A stretch of 64,000 nucleotides of DNA from a virus (Duplodnaviria; Heunggongvirae; Uroviricota; Caudoviricetes): the IMG/VR virus record IMGVR_UViG_3300035682_000015, one strand, 5' to 3'. Below are positions 18,595 through 27,690 of the stretch, one piece after another. Made by a program: the position numbers and the translations under genes. Numbering within the stretch: the first letter of the stretch is position 1; each line of letters opens with the position of its first letter. Under the pieces are notes generated by a model. It was not told where the DNA came from. It searched no databases and saw only the letters and a list, made by a program, of their open reading frames with translations.

Positions 18595-19364
18595 TGAATT
18601 TACAAGAAGATATACAGAGAATAAGACAGATGATGATTTCGGAAGAAATGGTTCAATCTGATGCGTGGAAATCAATCAAGAAAACATTAGACATTCTTAA
18701 AAAGAAAAAGAAAGTTTTAATCTTAAGTTGTTCCAATAGATATAATTGGGATGAGAAAAACCTTGACATACCAAAATCAAAGATGATTGCAATGTATCTT
18801 AACGATGAGTTAAAAAACTCAGTGTTAATTGATGTTTCCGAACTTAATATTGTTCCTTGTGAGGGGAATGTGTCGAGAAAAGACGGGAACAGTTGTGGTT
18901 TATTAAAAGCGATGCTCAAAGATAAGAAAAAGAATCCATCCGGTGACCATAGATGTTGGGCGAGTTATAACAATCCAAAGGATGAGTTATGGAAGATATC
19001 TAAGGAGTTATTTGAATCTGATGCTGTTGTATTCTTTAGTTCCGTAAGATGGGGACAGACCAATATGTTTTATCAGAATTTAATTGAGAGATTGACTTGG
19101 ATTGAGAACAGACACGCAACCTTGGGTGAATCAAATCTTGTTAAAGATATTGAGACAGGATTCATTTGTGTTGGACAGAATTGGAATGGTGAGAATGTGA
19201 CTGAAACACAGAAAGAAGTTCATAGGTTCTACGGATTCAAACCAAATAATGATTTATATTGGAATTGGCAATACACCAAGAATGTGAACGATGAAACCCA
19301 AAAATCATATAAGGATTCACACAAGAAATTTATCAAAGATACTAAATTATCTGATACCAAATAA
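18594..19364 (+). CDS. MNLQE-leader protein with flavodoxin-like/NADPH-FMN reductase-like fold
   Basis: KVLILSCSNR ... AVVFFSSVRWGQTNMFYQNLIER pattern resembles flavodoxin_2 family; weak. Confidence 0.4.
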   Translation: MNLQEDIQRIRQMMISEEMVQSDAWKSIKKTLDILKKKKKVLILSCSNRYNWDEKNLDIPKSKMIAMYLNDELKNSVLIDVSELNIVPCEGNVSRKDGNSCGLLKAMLKDKKKNPSGDHRCWASYNNPKDELWKISKELFESDAVVFFSSVRWGQTNMFYQNLIERLTWIENRHATLGESNLVKDIETGFICVGQNWNGENVTETQKEVHRFYGFKPNNDLYWNWQYTKNVNDETQKSYKDSHKKFIKDTKLSDTK

Positions 19365-19365
19365 T

Positions 19366-19800
19366 ATGAACTTACAAGAAAACATAGATAGAATACAAAT
19401 AATGATGGGAATTATCACAGAAAACAAGACAATTCAAAAAATGGTTGATGAGTTAGGTTTGGTAACGGCTATCAAATATTATGGGGGTTTTGATAATTTC
19501 ATTAAACATTATAGATTTCCACCTAAGGAGGAGATTCTTAATTTAATTAAGAAAGTATTCAAGGATTCAAAGACAAATGAATTTTATGATACAAATATTA
19601 ATATTTTAAATAGAAGAGATGATGAGGTGGATATTGTCAGTGTATTTCATCCTGATTCAATGTTTTTTGAGACCTACGAAACATTGGATGGTAGATTAAT
19701 AAAATTAAAAACAGAAAAAACAGTTAGATATGAGGATTTACCGGAGAATATTCTTAATAGAGTATTTTATGATATAATAAGATTGTCTGAAAAAAAATAA
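19366..19800 (+). CDS. MNLQENI-leader family protein
   Basis: MNLQENIDRIQIMMGIITE. Confidence 0.5.
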   Translation: MNLQENIDRIQIMMGIITENKTIQKMVDELGLVTAIKYYGGFDNFIKHYRFPPKEEILNLIKKVFKDSKTNEFYDTNINILNRRDDEVDIVSVFHPDSMFFETYETLDGRLIKLKTEKTVRYEDLPENILNRVFYDIIRLSEKK

Positions 19801-19806
19801 AACAAT

Positions 19807-20157
19807 ATGGACTTACGAGAGAACATAAGAACAGTATTAAGGGAGGAAACCAAAGTAGATTTAACTCGAGCAATACAAAGATTATTAAATGTGTTTGTTG
19901 ATAACCACAAAGACATTCTTTGTAGGGTTGAGGTTATCCATCCAAATAAGAGAATCAAACTACCGGAACATATGTATGACCACGAACACTACGCGGTTTA
20001 TTTCTATTTCATCGGGGGATATGGTAGTGTTAATTGGCCTGCCACCCGAGAGGTTTTGGATAAGTTTGATAAATTAATGAATGAAGCGTGGGGTTTGGTA
20101 TATAATTACACAAATCAAACAATAGATGTTTTTGCTAAACACGTAAAAGAATGTTAA
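19807..20157 (+). CDS. hypothetical protein
   Basis: MDLRENIRTVLREE leader variant. Confidence 0.5.
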   Translation: MDLRENIRTVLREETKVDLTRAIQRLLNVFVDNHKDILCRVEVIHPNKRIKLPEHMYDHEHYAVYFYFIGGYGSVNWPATREVLDKFDKLMNEAWGLVYNYTNQTIDVFAKHVKEC

Positions 20158-20175
20158 AACCTTATAAACGGGGGA

Positions 20176-20529
20176 TTAATTAATATGATATTTAGTGAGA
20201 TGATACTTACCACACTCATTACAATGCCAAGTAGTATATGTAACTTCTGTAACGTGTTGATTATAATTTTCTTCAATCCAAGGTATAAAGATTTTATTCA
20301 AGTCGTGACTATCAACACTAAATATAGAAACTAAAAATTGTTGTAGTTCATCATCCTCTATTGTGACAATACCGTAATCGTTACGAAATGTAAAAATGGT
20401 TGTCCCGTCTTTTTTTTTATAGTAAACTATTCCGTGACTATTCTCCATTCCAATTAAATCACCATAGTTATCGTCTAACCATTTAATAACAATATTGTTT
20501 CTTCTATTCTCTGTTAGTATTATTTTCAT
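20176..20529 (-). CDS. family-C paralog
   Basis: MKIILTENRRNNIVIKWLDDNYGDL. Confidence 0.55.
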   Translation of the reverse strand: MKIILTENRRNNIVIKWLDDNYGDLIGMENSHGIVYYKKKDGTTIFTFRNDYGIVTIEDDELQQFLVSIFSVDSHDLNKIFIPWIEENYNQHVTEVTYTTWHCNECGKYHLTKYHIN

Positions 20530-20553
20530 ATTATCTTAATTTTTAATGTTCCT

Positions 20554-20877
20554 TCACCCCCAATTTGATAACTCAGTAGTAGAAAGTATTCTTGTTACTC
20601 TTAAATTGTAACGTTCCTCCACCCATACCTTTGTTAAACTCTCAATTTGTTGGTTAGACATACTAAACATACGTTCAAAAAATGACCAAATTTCTTCATA
20701 AGTCACATAAACATACCCATTTTTTTTATTGTAATCAAAAATTATTTCTTCACCTTTTCGGTAAAAAATGTGGTTAGGAAATTTTTTTGGTTCATATGGT
20801 TTCAAATCACCATAGTTATTGTCTAACCATTTAATGGCGACTTTTTCTATTTTACTCTCAGTTATTATTACTTTCAT
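20554..20877 (-). CDS. family-C paralog
   Basis: MKVIITESKIEKVAIKWLDNNYG...YNKKNGYVYV; rc TATCTTTG at 20895-20902. Confidence 0.55.
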   Translation of the reverse strand: MKVIITESKIEKVAIKWLDNNYGDLKPYEPKKFPNHIFYRKGEEIIFDYNKKNGYVYVTYEEIWSFFERMFSMSNQQIESLTKVWVEERYNLRVTRILSTTELSNWG

Positions 20878-20960
20878 ATCAAATAAATATCTAACAAAGA
20901 TAAAACATTTTATTGATTATATGGGGGAAATTATATATTATTATAATAAAATTAAATACT

Positions 20961-21590
20961 ATGGAATTAATAGAATCGTTACAGTGGAGATATGCCACCA
21001 AGAAAATGAATGGGGATAAAATCCCACAAGATAAATTAGATAGAATCTTAGAGGCAACAAGATTGGCTCCGAGTTCATATGGGCTAACACCTTATCAGGT
21101 AATCGTGGTAGAGGACCAAGACTTAAAGGAACAATTGGTGGGAGCGTGTTATAACCAAACACAACTAAAAGATTCATCGGCTGTATTGGTATTCGCGGTG
21201 TGGGATACAATAGATGAAAATGAGGTGGAGTATTACATTAAGACTATGGCATTAGAAAGAAATATCCCGGTAGAAGTATTAAATGATTTCAAAGGAATGA
21301 TGTTAGGGACATTATCTAATATGACAGAGGAACAAAAAACTATATGGGCACAGAAACAAACGTATATAGGATTAGGATTCTCATTAGTGGCATCAGCAGT
21401 AGAAGGAATAGACTCTACTCCAATGGAGGGATTTGTACCATCACAGGTGGATGAGATATTAGGACTAAAAGAATTAGGGTTAAAGTCCACATTAGTTCTT
21501 ACGTTAGGATATAGAGATACAGAAGGAGATTCACTATCTACTATGAAGAAAATAAGAAGAGATGGTGAGAATTTCTTTATAAGAAAATAA
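20961..21590 (+). CDS. NAD(P)H nitroreductase family protein
   Basis: RYATKKM..DKIP..LDRILEATRLAPSS.GLTPYQVIVV nitroreductase N-terminal signature. Confidence 0.75.
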   Translation: MELIESLQWRYATKKMNGDKIPQDKLDRILEATRLAPSSYGLTPYQVIVVEDQDLKEQLVGACYNQTQLKDSSAVLVFAVWDTIDENEVEYYIKTMALERNIPVEVLNDFKGMMLGTLSNMTEEQKTIWAQKQTYIGLGFSLVASAVEGIDSTPMEGFVPSQVDEILGLKELGLKSTLVLTLGYRDTEGDSLSTMKKIRRDGENFFIRK

Positions 21591-21603
21591 TAGATACTAA
21601 TAA

Positions 21604-21630
21604 CCTCACCAATTAAAGGTGGGGTTTTTT
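21604..21630 (+). terminator. intrinsic terminator
   Basis: CCTCACC-loop-GGTGGGG + T-run. Confidence 0.65.
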
Positions 21631-21866
21631 ATTATAAGATAAAATACTAAACGATAAATCTATTCGTTCATAGTCCTACGTTCCACTCCGGAATTCACTC
21701 ATAGTTTCATCCTTTACTATTTTCTGTATATATTATAATTGTTTTACTCACCGTATATACATTTTACTTTTTACTATACATAGTAAAATAACAATATGTT
21801 CATAATTATTTTTGTTTCAGTGTTCATTTTTACTAATTTACCTATATTTATAATAAAAGATAAGTT

Positions 21867-22373
21867 ATGATTAATTGTACAAAATGTGGGGAAAATAAAG
21901 ATGAGTGTTATTTCAGACCAAGACCAACATTAAAAAGGGGGTTTCAATCTTGGTGTAAAGAGTGTGAATATAAACAAAATCGTCAAAGATATATACCAAA
22001 AGAACGAATTAAAAACGATATAAATCCTGATGAGGTAAAACTATTGGCAAAGAAACGAATGTTAAAACATAGATATTCATTAGAGTATGATGAATATAAT
22101 CAAATGTATAATAATCAAAATGGGGAATGTCTTATATGTGGGGTTAAAAAAAAATTAGGTAGTTCTAAAGGTTTATTAGTAGACCATTGTCATAACTCTA
22201 ATAAAGTTAGAGGATTACTATGTAGTAATTGTAATTCAGGGTTAGGTAAATTTATGGATAACACAAATATACTATTAAAAGCAATTAACTACCTTAATAA
22301 AACAATCCCCCCATTTAATGTGGGGACATTCTGTCCCCCCGTACAGAGTGGGACTTATGAGGGACACGATTAG
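21867..22373 (+). CDS. HNH endonuclease
   Basis: CxxC...LVDHCHNSNKVRGLLCSNCN HNH/EndoVII motif; N-terminal Cys4 zinc ribbon. Confidence 0.75.
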   Translation: MINCTKCGENKDECYFRPRPTLKRGFQSWCKECEYKQNRQRYIPKERIKNDINPDEVKLLAKKRMLKHRYSLEYDEYNQMYNNQNGECLICGVKKKLGSSKGLLVDHCHNSNKVRGLLCSNCNSGLGKFMDNTNILLKAINYLNKTIPPFNVGTFCPPVQSGTYEGHD

Positions 22374-22955
22374 TAATCCGGTATGGTGTTCATTTGTAGT
22401 TATATGTTCATTTGCAATGAACATTCTCATATTTTGAACTTAAACGGGATGTTATGGTAAGTTATGTTTTGTATCAGTGTAGTCAGTTTAAAACTCACAT
22501 GAGTGATACAAATAATAACTTTTAATGGTATTTTGTGTCTCTGTGGTGTCCCATATATAAACAATTTAGTTCGTTGATTAGTGGTCAATTATATACCCCT
22601 GACGGGTCGTTGAAGTAATCCTTCTAACACCTAACGGTTCCAACGCGTCACTAACCATTACTTACATAATTTACTGGGAAACGTATATAGTAAAATAATT
22701 GGTCCTGAGAGTACCTACAGAGGGGAAAAAGTGACTCTACACTATACTTAGACACAATAATGGTGGGAAAAAGTGGTAACAAAGGGTAATGTCCTACACC
22801 TAAAAGGGGGAAAAAGGATTATCCCCAATGAAGAAAGAGACTGACATTTTGTCAAAATCAAGAATTTTAACATAAAAAGTTATTAACAATTCCCCCTGAC
22901 AGTGTTGATAAGTCAATTGTTGATAACTATATTTAGAAAAAGTTATTAACAATAT

Positions 22956-23303
22956 ATGTACTTAGAATCATTTACCTCAAAGTATTCCGGTGAACCTTCA
23001 TACTTATCGGGTTTTACCCCCACTGTCACTATGTCACTTCCTTCGGTTGGTCTATCGACAGATAACACTTATATCGTGGATTACGGTATAGGAGAGTGTG
23101 TTTATTCCTATCAGAGGATGGGAAAAAGAATCAAGCAGGATGTCCTTCAACTAATCAAATGTGATATGTGGAAGGTTATAACTGTAATTAACGAAGAGTC
23201 CCCACTGAATGAGGGGGATTACAAGGACCTGAATATGGAAATCCGGAACCATTCTCTACAGTGTGTTACTGATTTTATAAATCGTAGGGGTCTTTCTGAC
23301 TAA
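22956..23303 (+). CDS. hypothetical protein of island
   Basis: 115 aa ORF starting right after repeat set. Confidence 0.3.
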   Translation: MYLESFTSKYSGEPSYLSGFTPTVTMSLPSVGLSTDNTYIVDYGIGECVYSYQRMGKRIKQDVLQLIKCDMWKVITVINEESPLNEGDYKDLNMEIRNHSLQCVTDFINRRGLSD

Positions 23304-23684
23304 TATGTTTTCTCCACCACTTAGAGAGGATACTATCCGGAGATAGAGTGGGGATAAGAAGTGCCTCAATGATAACAAAACATAACAGGATAAAGGTCAG
23401 ACATAGTAGAACAATAATAATAATCATAGTTTAATTATTTAAGGGTTACCGGTGGTTATCACCGTCAATCCCCAAAGATATGAATAAATTATGACATTAT
23501 CAAACAATCCCCCATTTATTTGAGAATAGTTATTAACCTATAGGATAAAGTACTGAGGGTGAGATGATTATTCGTAATGAAATCCCCATTCTACTGAGAA
23601 TACTAATGATTCCGGGGATAATCCCACCCCCAAGATGGGGGAAATTAAACGATTCTTAATGAAACCCCCAATCTACTGAGAATA

Positions 23685-24380
23685 ATGGGGGAATTAAAAA
23701 TAAAGTACTTACTCCGATTATCATATTCTCAAAGAATGGGGATTTATATTAAATATAAAGCAGGTTGGAGTCTACTCTTCCACCACTCGGTACGCCCCCA
23801 TCCGGACTATCTACCGGTAATGTGGTACAAAGATATAACAAATAATCTACACCACCAAATAAAATGGGGAAAGATTATTAATTATTATTTCAATATATTT
23901 ATATGTATGATAGAGACAAAACCTAAAGATATAACCCCAATCAAAAGAAAGGGGATAGATATGACCGTTAAAGGTCTACAAAAGAAATACCCATTCATAA
24001 TAGGATATAAGGATGATACAACAACTCAATATATATCATTACACTACATTGATTTAATAATAGACCTCAACAAACTATCTGAGTATGCGGATGTCCCGGT
24101 TAACCCATATTGGGAATCATATGTACTTGCGAACCCCCAATACGAAAAAGTATATGCCTTATGGTCCTATTTAGAATTCCCCAATAATGATTTGTTTGGG
24201 GATATTAAAGACCATCCCGGATATATAATACAACAGAAGGTAGTAGAGGACCTCGAATTTATATACTCACACCTACCATCTCAACTAACACTACACTATA
24301 CTCCCAAATCAACTTTCTTCCCCGATGACCCACCAACTTATACCGTGAGATTAAAACCTAACGCATATCTAATGAGGTAA
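23685..24380 (+). CDS. hypothetical protein of island (candidate initiator; start uncertain)
   Basis: 231 aa ORF; stop is immediately followed by 3x23-bp iterons. Confidence 0.35.
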   Translation: MGELKIKYLLRLSYSQRMGIYIKYKAGWSLLFHHSVRPHPDYLPVMWYKDITNNLHHQIKWGKIINYYFNIFICMIETKPKDITPIKRKGIDMTVKGLQKKYPFIIGYKDDTTTQYISLHYIDLIIDLNKLSEYADVPVNPYWESYVLANPQYEKVYALWSYLEFPNNDLFGDIKDHPGYIIQQKVVEDLEFIYSHLPSQLTLHYTPKSTFFPDDPPTYTVRLKPNAYLMR

Positions 24381-24449
24381 CACTCCCGTTGGTTGGTCTC
24401 TGACACTCCCGTTGGTTGGTCTCTGACACTCCCGTTGGTTGGTCTCTGA
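24381..24449 (+). repeat. 3 perfect tandem copies of 23-bp unit CACTCCCGTTGGTTGGTCTCTGA
   Basis: Read directly: copies at 24381, 24404, 24427. Confidence 0.9.
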
Positions 24450-24558
24450 CACCATGTCATGTTAATAACTTTGTTGATAACTTTTTACCTTAACTTATTA
24501 ACAATGTCATACTGTCATGTTGATAAGTTTTTTTGGATATGTCAAATATACCCCCACT

Positions 24559-24589
24559 CCCCCCATCTTTTACCGGGGGGTTTTTTTTT
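24559..24589 (+). terminator. intrinsic terminator
   Basis: CCCCCC-loop-GGGGGG + T9. Confidence 0.5.
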
Positions 24590-24846
24590 AACCCCTCCCC
24601 TAAACACCCCCCATACCCCCTCCCTATCCCCCGTGGGGGTATCCCCCCTCCCCTCCCTCCCCCTTATATAACCCAAATAGGGGGGATAATCCTCTCGATG
24701 ACGTGTATGGGGGAAAAAAACTTTATATGAAAATCGTTTTAAAATTTCTAAAAAAATTTTTGGAAAAAATCCCCCGGTATAAATGGGGTGGTCAAATAGT
24801 GAAAAAAAATTTTTGGAAAAAAATTGATTGTAAAAGGGGAATATCT

Positions 24847-24854
24847 TATCTTTG
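24847..24854 (+). promoter_or_regulatory. -7 promoter element TATCTTTG
   Basis: upstream of 24913. Confidence 0.45.
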
Positions 24855-24912
24855 TTGACTATGGAAAAGATATATTCAATTTGTGGGAATAAAAAACCGA
24901 AAGAAAAGTAAT

Positions 24913-25401
24913 ATGATGATAAGTAAATTAAAGATGTTAAAGATTGGGGAGACCTTGAAGGATTTTAAGTGTTTGGTTTCAAGATTTAATGAGGTAAAGG
25001 GTGATAGAATATTATTGAGGGAGTTCTGTTTAAGAAATAGAAATCCCATATGGGATTTAACGGGTATAAATTATTTCAAGACCGGATTAAAATCTGAGGG
25101 ATTGATTCGGGATGGGGGTAAGAAAAAGGATGACCATTATATTCAAAGGTCTTTATGTATGGAGATTATCTTTAAGGAATTGAATGCTAACCCGGATATG
25201 AATGTTGATGAATTTATTGAATTACTTCGTAAGTATTCATCTACAGTTCAATTGACGGAAGAGGAACATAAGAAAATAACATTATATACGAGGAATACTG
25301 ATATTATGAATTATACGGCTTATGGTGATGTTGGTATAATTGTTAAAGGTCTTAAGGAGATTATTAATTCTACCCCCGCTTATGTAGTTGGGGGTTTGTG
25401 A
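24913..25401 (+). CDS. hypothetical protein
   Basis: ATG MMISKLK; track start is GTG. Confidence 0.5.
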   Translation: MMISKLKMLKIGETLKDFKCLVSRFNEVKGDRILLREFCLRNRNPIWDLTGINYFKTGLKSEGLIRDGGKKKDDHYIQRSLCMEIIFKELNANPDMNVDEFIELLRKYSSTVQLTEEEHKKITLYTRNTDIMNYTAYGDVGIIVKGLKEIINSTPAYVVGGL

Positions 25402-25402
25402 A

Positions 25403-25449
25403 CCCGAACTCCCTCCGGTCGGGATTCAATCCCCCCGCCCCCTTTTTTT
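25403..25449 (+). repeat. conserved C-rich post-gene element, copy 1
   Basis: AACCCnnACTCCCTCCGGTCG..ATTCAA.CCCCCCGCCCCC-T7 shared with 26877 and 33227. Confidence 0.7.
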
Positions 25450-25473
25450 ATGAAAATTAATATATTTATTAGT

Positions 25474-26067
25474 ATGAAAAATTTGTTAAACGAAGAGATT
25501 GGTAAAATTAAAAAAATGATGGGTATATCTCATAAACCAATCAACTTACCTTATCACGAACATCTTATTGAAATTTATTCTGATATTCCCACCGAAATTA
25601 CTGAAAACTCTGAGGTTGATGATAGATATATTGTTATAAATAAAATTAAACATAACGATTTTATTCATAGTCCAAAATTATTTTTGAAGTCTATTAGAAA
25701 ATCATCTCGTGGTGAGATGTTAACCGAATATTCTTTGGAAGAATTGGAGGATATGTTAACATTTAAGTTGGATGGTTATGATATTGGTTATGCTTTGAAG
25801 AAAGGTGATGGTGATGAGTATAATGAAATTGTGTCTGTTTTCAATAATTCGGGAATTAAAGGTATTGGTGATGCGTTAATTAAGTCAGCAATTAAAAATG
25901 GTGGTCGTTATTTGGACCATTATGATGGATTTCTAAGTGGTTTTTACTCCAAACACGGGTTTGAGGAGTATAAACGAGATAAATTTGACCCCCAATATGA
26001 CCCAAACGGTGAATTTAGAGATAAATACGGAGAATCTGATATTATCTATAGAAAATACAACACTTAA
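25474..26067 (+). CDS. GNAT-family acetyltransferase-like protein
   Basis: Motif A-like NSGIKGIGDALIKSAIKNG and GFYSKHGFEEY; weak. Confidence 0.4.
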   Translation: MKNLLNEEIGKIKKMMGISHKPINLPYHEHLIEIYSDIPTEITENSEVDDRYIVINKIKHNDFIHSPKLFLKSIRKSSRGEMLTEYSLEELEDMLTFKLDGYDIGYALKKGDGDEYNEIVSVFNNSGIKGIGDALIKSAIKNGGRYLDHYDGFLSGFYSKHGFEEYKRDKFDPQYDPNGEFRDKYGESDIIYRKYNT

Positions 26068-26105
26068 TAATTGTTTTTGATGTTAATTTATCTTATTATT
26101 TTAAT

Positions 26106-26876
26106 ATGAACGTATTAACAAACACTTTATTGGGGAACGATGTAATCATTGACATAATTGAAGGTCAAATGATTCTACATATTCCACATTCAAAAACAGA
26201 AATACCATTTTATGATGGATTTAATATGAATTATATTGAAAATGAGACCAAATTATTGGTTGATTTTGCTACTGATAAAATTTTTGACATCCCTAATGTC
26301 GAATCTCTAACTTTTGAGTATAATAGAATATTTTGTGACGTTGAAAGATTGGACGATAATGATGAACCATTATTTAATCTTGGTAGAGGTTTTTTTTATA
26401 CCAAAACTGATGACGGAAAAGACCTTAGAGTGTTAGATGATATGGTGAAAAAAAAGATTAAAGAAGAATTTTATGATATTCACCATAATAAATTGAATCA
26501 AATGGTTGAATATAGGTTGAATGAGTATGGTTGTGCAGTAATTATTGATTGTCATTCGTTTAGTGATATCCCATTTATAACTGATTTAGATAAAAGTGAG
26601 GTTAGACCGGACATTTGTTTAGGTGTTGATGATTTTCACACACCAAAATGGTTAATTAATCAAATTAAATCATATTTTGAATATCATAATTTATCTGTTA
26701 AAATAAATTCCCCGTACTCAGGGACAATAATTCCATTAAAATATTATAATAAAAACAAAAATGTTATTGGAATTATGATTGAGGTGAATCGAAAACTTTA
26801 TATGGATGAATTTATTGTTGATGATAATAAGGTTGATGAATTAAATTCTATTATTAAAAAATCTTTATTCATATAA
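26106..26876 (+). CDS. N-formylglutamate amidohydrolase-like zinc amidohydrolase
   Basis: HIPHS...IP and IIDCHS motifs reminiscent of FGase family; weak. Confidence 0.35.
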   Translation: MNVLTNTLLGNDVIIDIIEGQMILHIPHSKTEIPFYDGFNMNYIENETKLLVDFATDKIFDIPNVESLTFEYNRIFCDVERLDDNDEPLFNLGRGFFYTKTDDGKDLRVLDDMVKKKIKEEFYDIHHNKLNQMVEYRLNEYGCAVIIDCHSFSDIPFITDLDKSEVRPDICLGVDDFHTPKWLINQIKSYFEYHNLSVKINSPYSGTIIPLKYYNKNKNVIGIMIEVNRKLYMDEFIVDDNKVDELNSIIKKSLFI

Positions 26877-26923
26877 CCCGGACTCGTTTCACTCGTATTC
26901 AAATCCCCCCGCCCCCTTTTTTT
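26877..26923 (+). repeat. conserved C-rich post-gene element, copy 2
   Basis: see 25403. Confidence 0.7.
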
Positions 26924-26956
26924 TGGATAATATTTGGTGGAATGAAATGTTTGTAT

Positions 26957-26964
26957 TATCTTTG
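26957..26964 (+). promoter_or_regulatory. -7 promoter element TATCTTTG (duplicated unit AATGAAATGTTTGT.TTATCTTTGT also at 27509)
   Basis: direct read. Confidence 0.5.
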
Positions 26965-26982
26965 TTCTTTAAATTTTATAAA

Positions 26983-27495
26983 ATGGTTGATTATCAAACT
27001 TACGAAGAATTACCTAAACGGATTCAATACTATGTGAACTCAATAAAAGAAACGGGTTATGACGATATTAGAAGTTTTCAATTCCCTTGTAAATATTTTG
27101 GGGGTAATTCTTTTGGATGTAGTATTTGGATTGATGCTGAAGAAATGGTAAAAGGTCTCATTCCTTACCGAGGTGTGATTCAAAATATGATAACGAATAG
27201 TTTAACAAAAAATATATTCAATATTGGGTATTTGCATATTTCTGTTCATTATAAAAACAAACAACAGTTGGGTAAGAAATTCCTCCCGGAATTAAAAAAA
27301 CGATTAAAGGAATCTCTTGCCGGTAAATATATTCATTCTGTTCGTTTTGATGAAAACTCTCGTAACAATGACCCCGAAGTTTTTGTTGTGTTAAGACGTG
27401 ATAACGATATTGAAACTTGGGGTATTGTGAAAAATATTCTTGAGGATTTCAAAATTGAAAAAGGTTATCCTAATTTGTATGTTAAAATTTCTTAA
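26983..27495 (+). CDS. hypothetical protein
   Basis: ATG MVDYQTYEEL 18 nt after motif. Confidence 0.5.
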   Translation: MVDYQTYEELPKRIQYYVNSIKETGYDDIRSFQFPCKYFGGNSFGCSIWIDAEEMVKGLIPYRGVIQNMITNSLTKNIFNIGYLHISVHYKNKQQLGKKFLPELKKRLKESLAGKYIHSVRFDENSRNNDPEVFVVLRRDNDIETWGIVKNILEDFKIEKGYPNLYVKIS

Positions 27496-27546
27496 TATTT
27501 GGCCGTATGAAATGTTTGTTATATCTTTGTCGGAAATAAATTGATT

Positions 27547-27690
27547 ATGAGAGATAGAATAAAAAAATGGTGGAATAGGACTTGGTCCAATTGGGAGGTT
27601 GATACTAAGAGTAAGTGGTATTTTTATATTATACTTAAGAGAACATCCAACGATGGTTTAATCCAATTTAAAAAAATAAAAACTGGGGTA
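27547..27690 (+). CDS. small basic protein
   Basis: 47 aa; ATGA overlap with next. Confidence 0.3.

Larger units (their letters stand above)
22374..24882 (+). other. compositionally distinct island with iteron-like repeats (candidate replication/mobile module)
   Basis: Higher GC; C/G codons; no TAnnTTTG promoters; repeated motifs and poly-C tracts. Confidence 0.4.

Noticed and set aside
22895-22930. Firm call of DnaA boxes / oriC
   Set aside because: TTATCAACA differs from the consensus at a conserved position, and only two copies plus GTTGATAA variants are present. Kept as a hypothesis inside the island finding, not annotated as an origin feature.
24459-24730. Two + strand ORFs (70 and 65 aa) encoding poly-proline peptides
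   Set aside because: They are artefacts of the poly-C tract block. Low complexity, no start context, overlapping each other.
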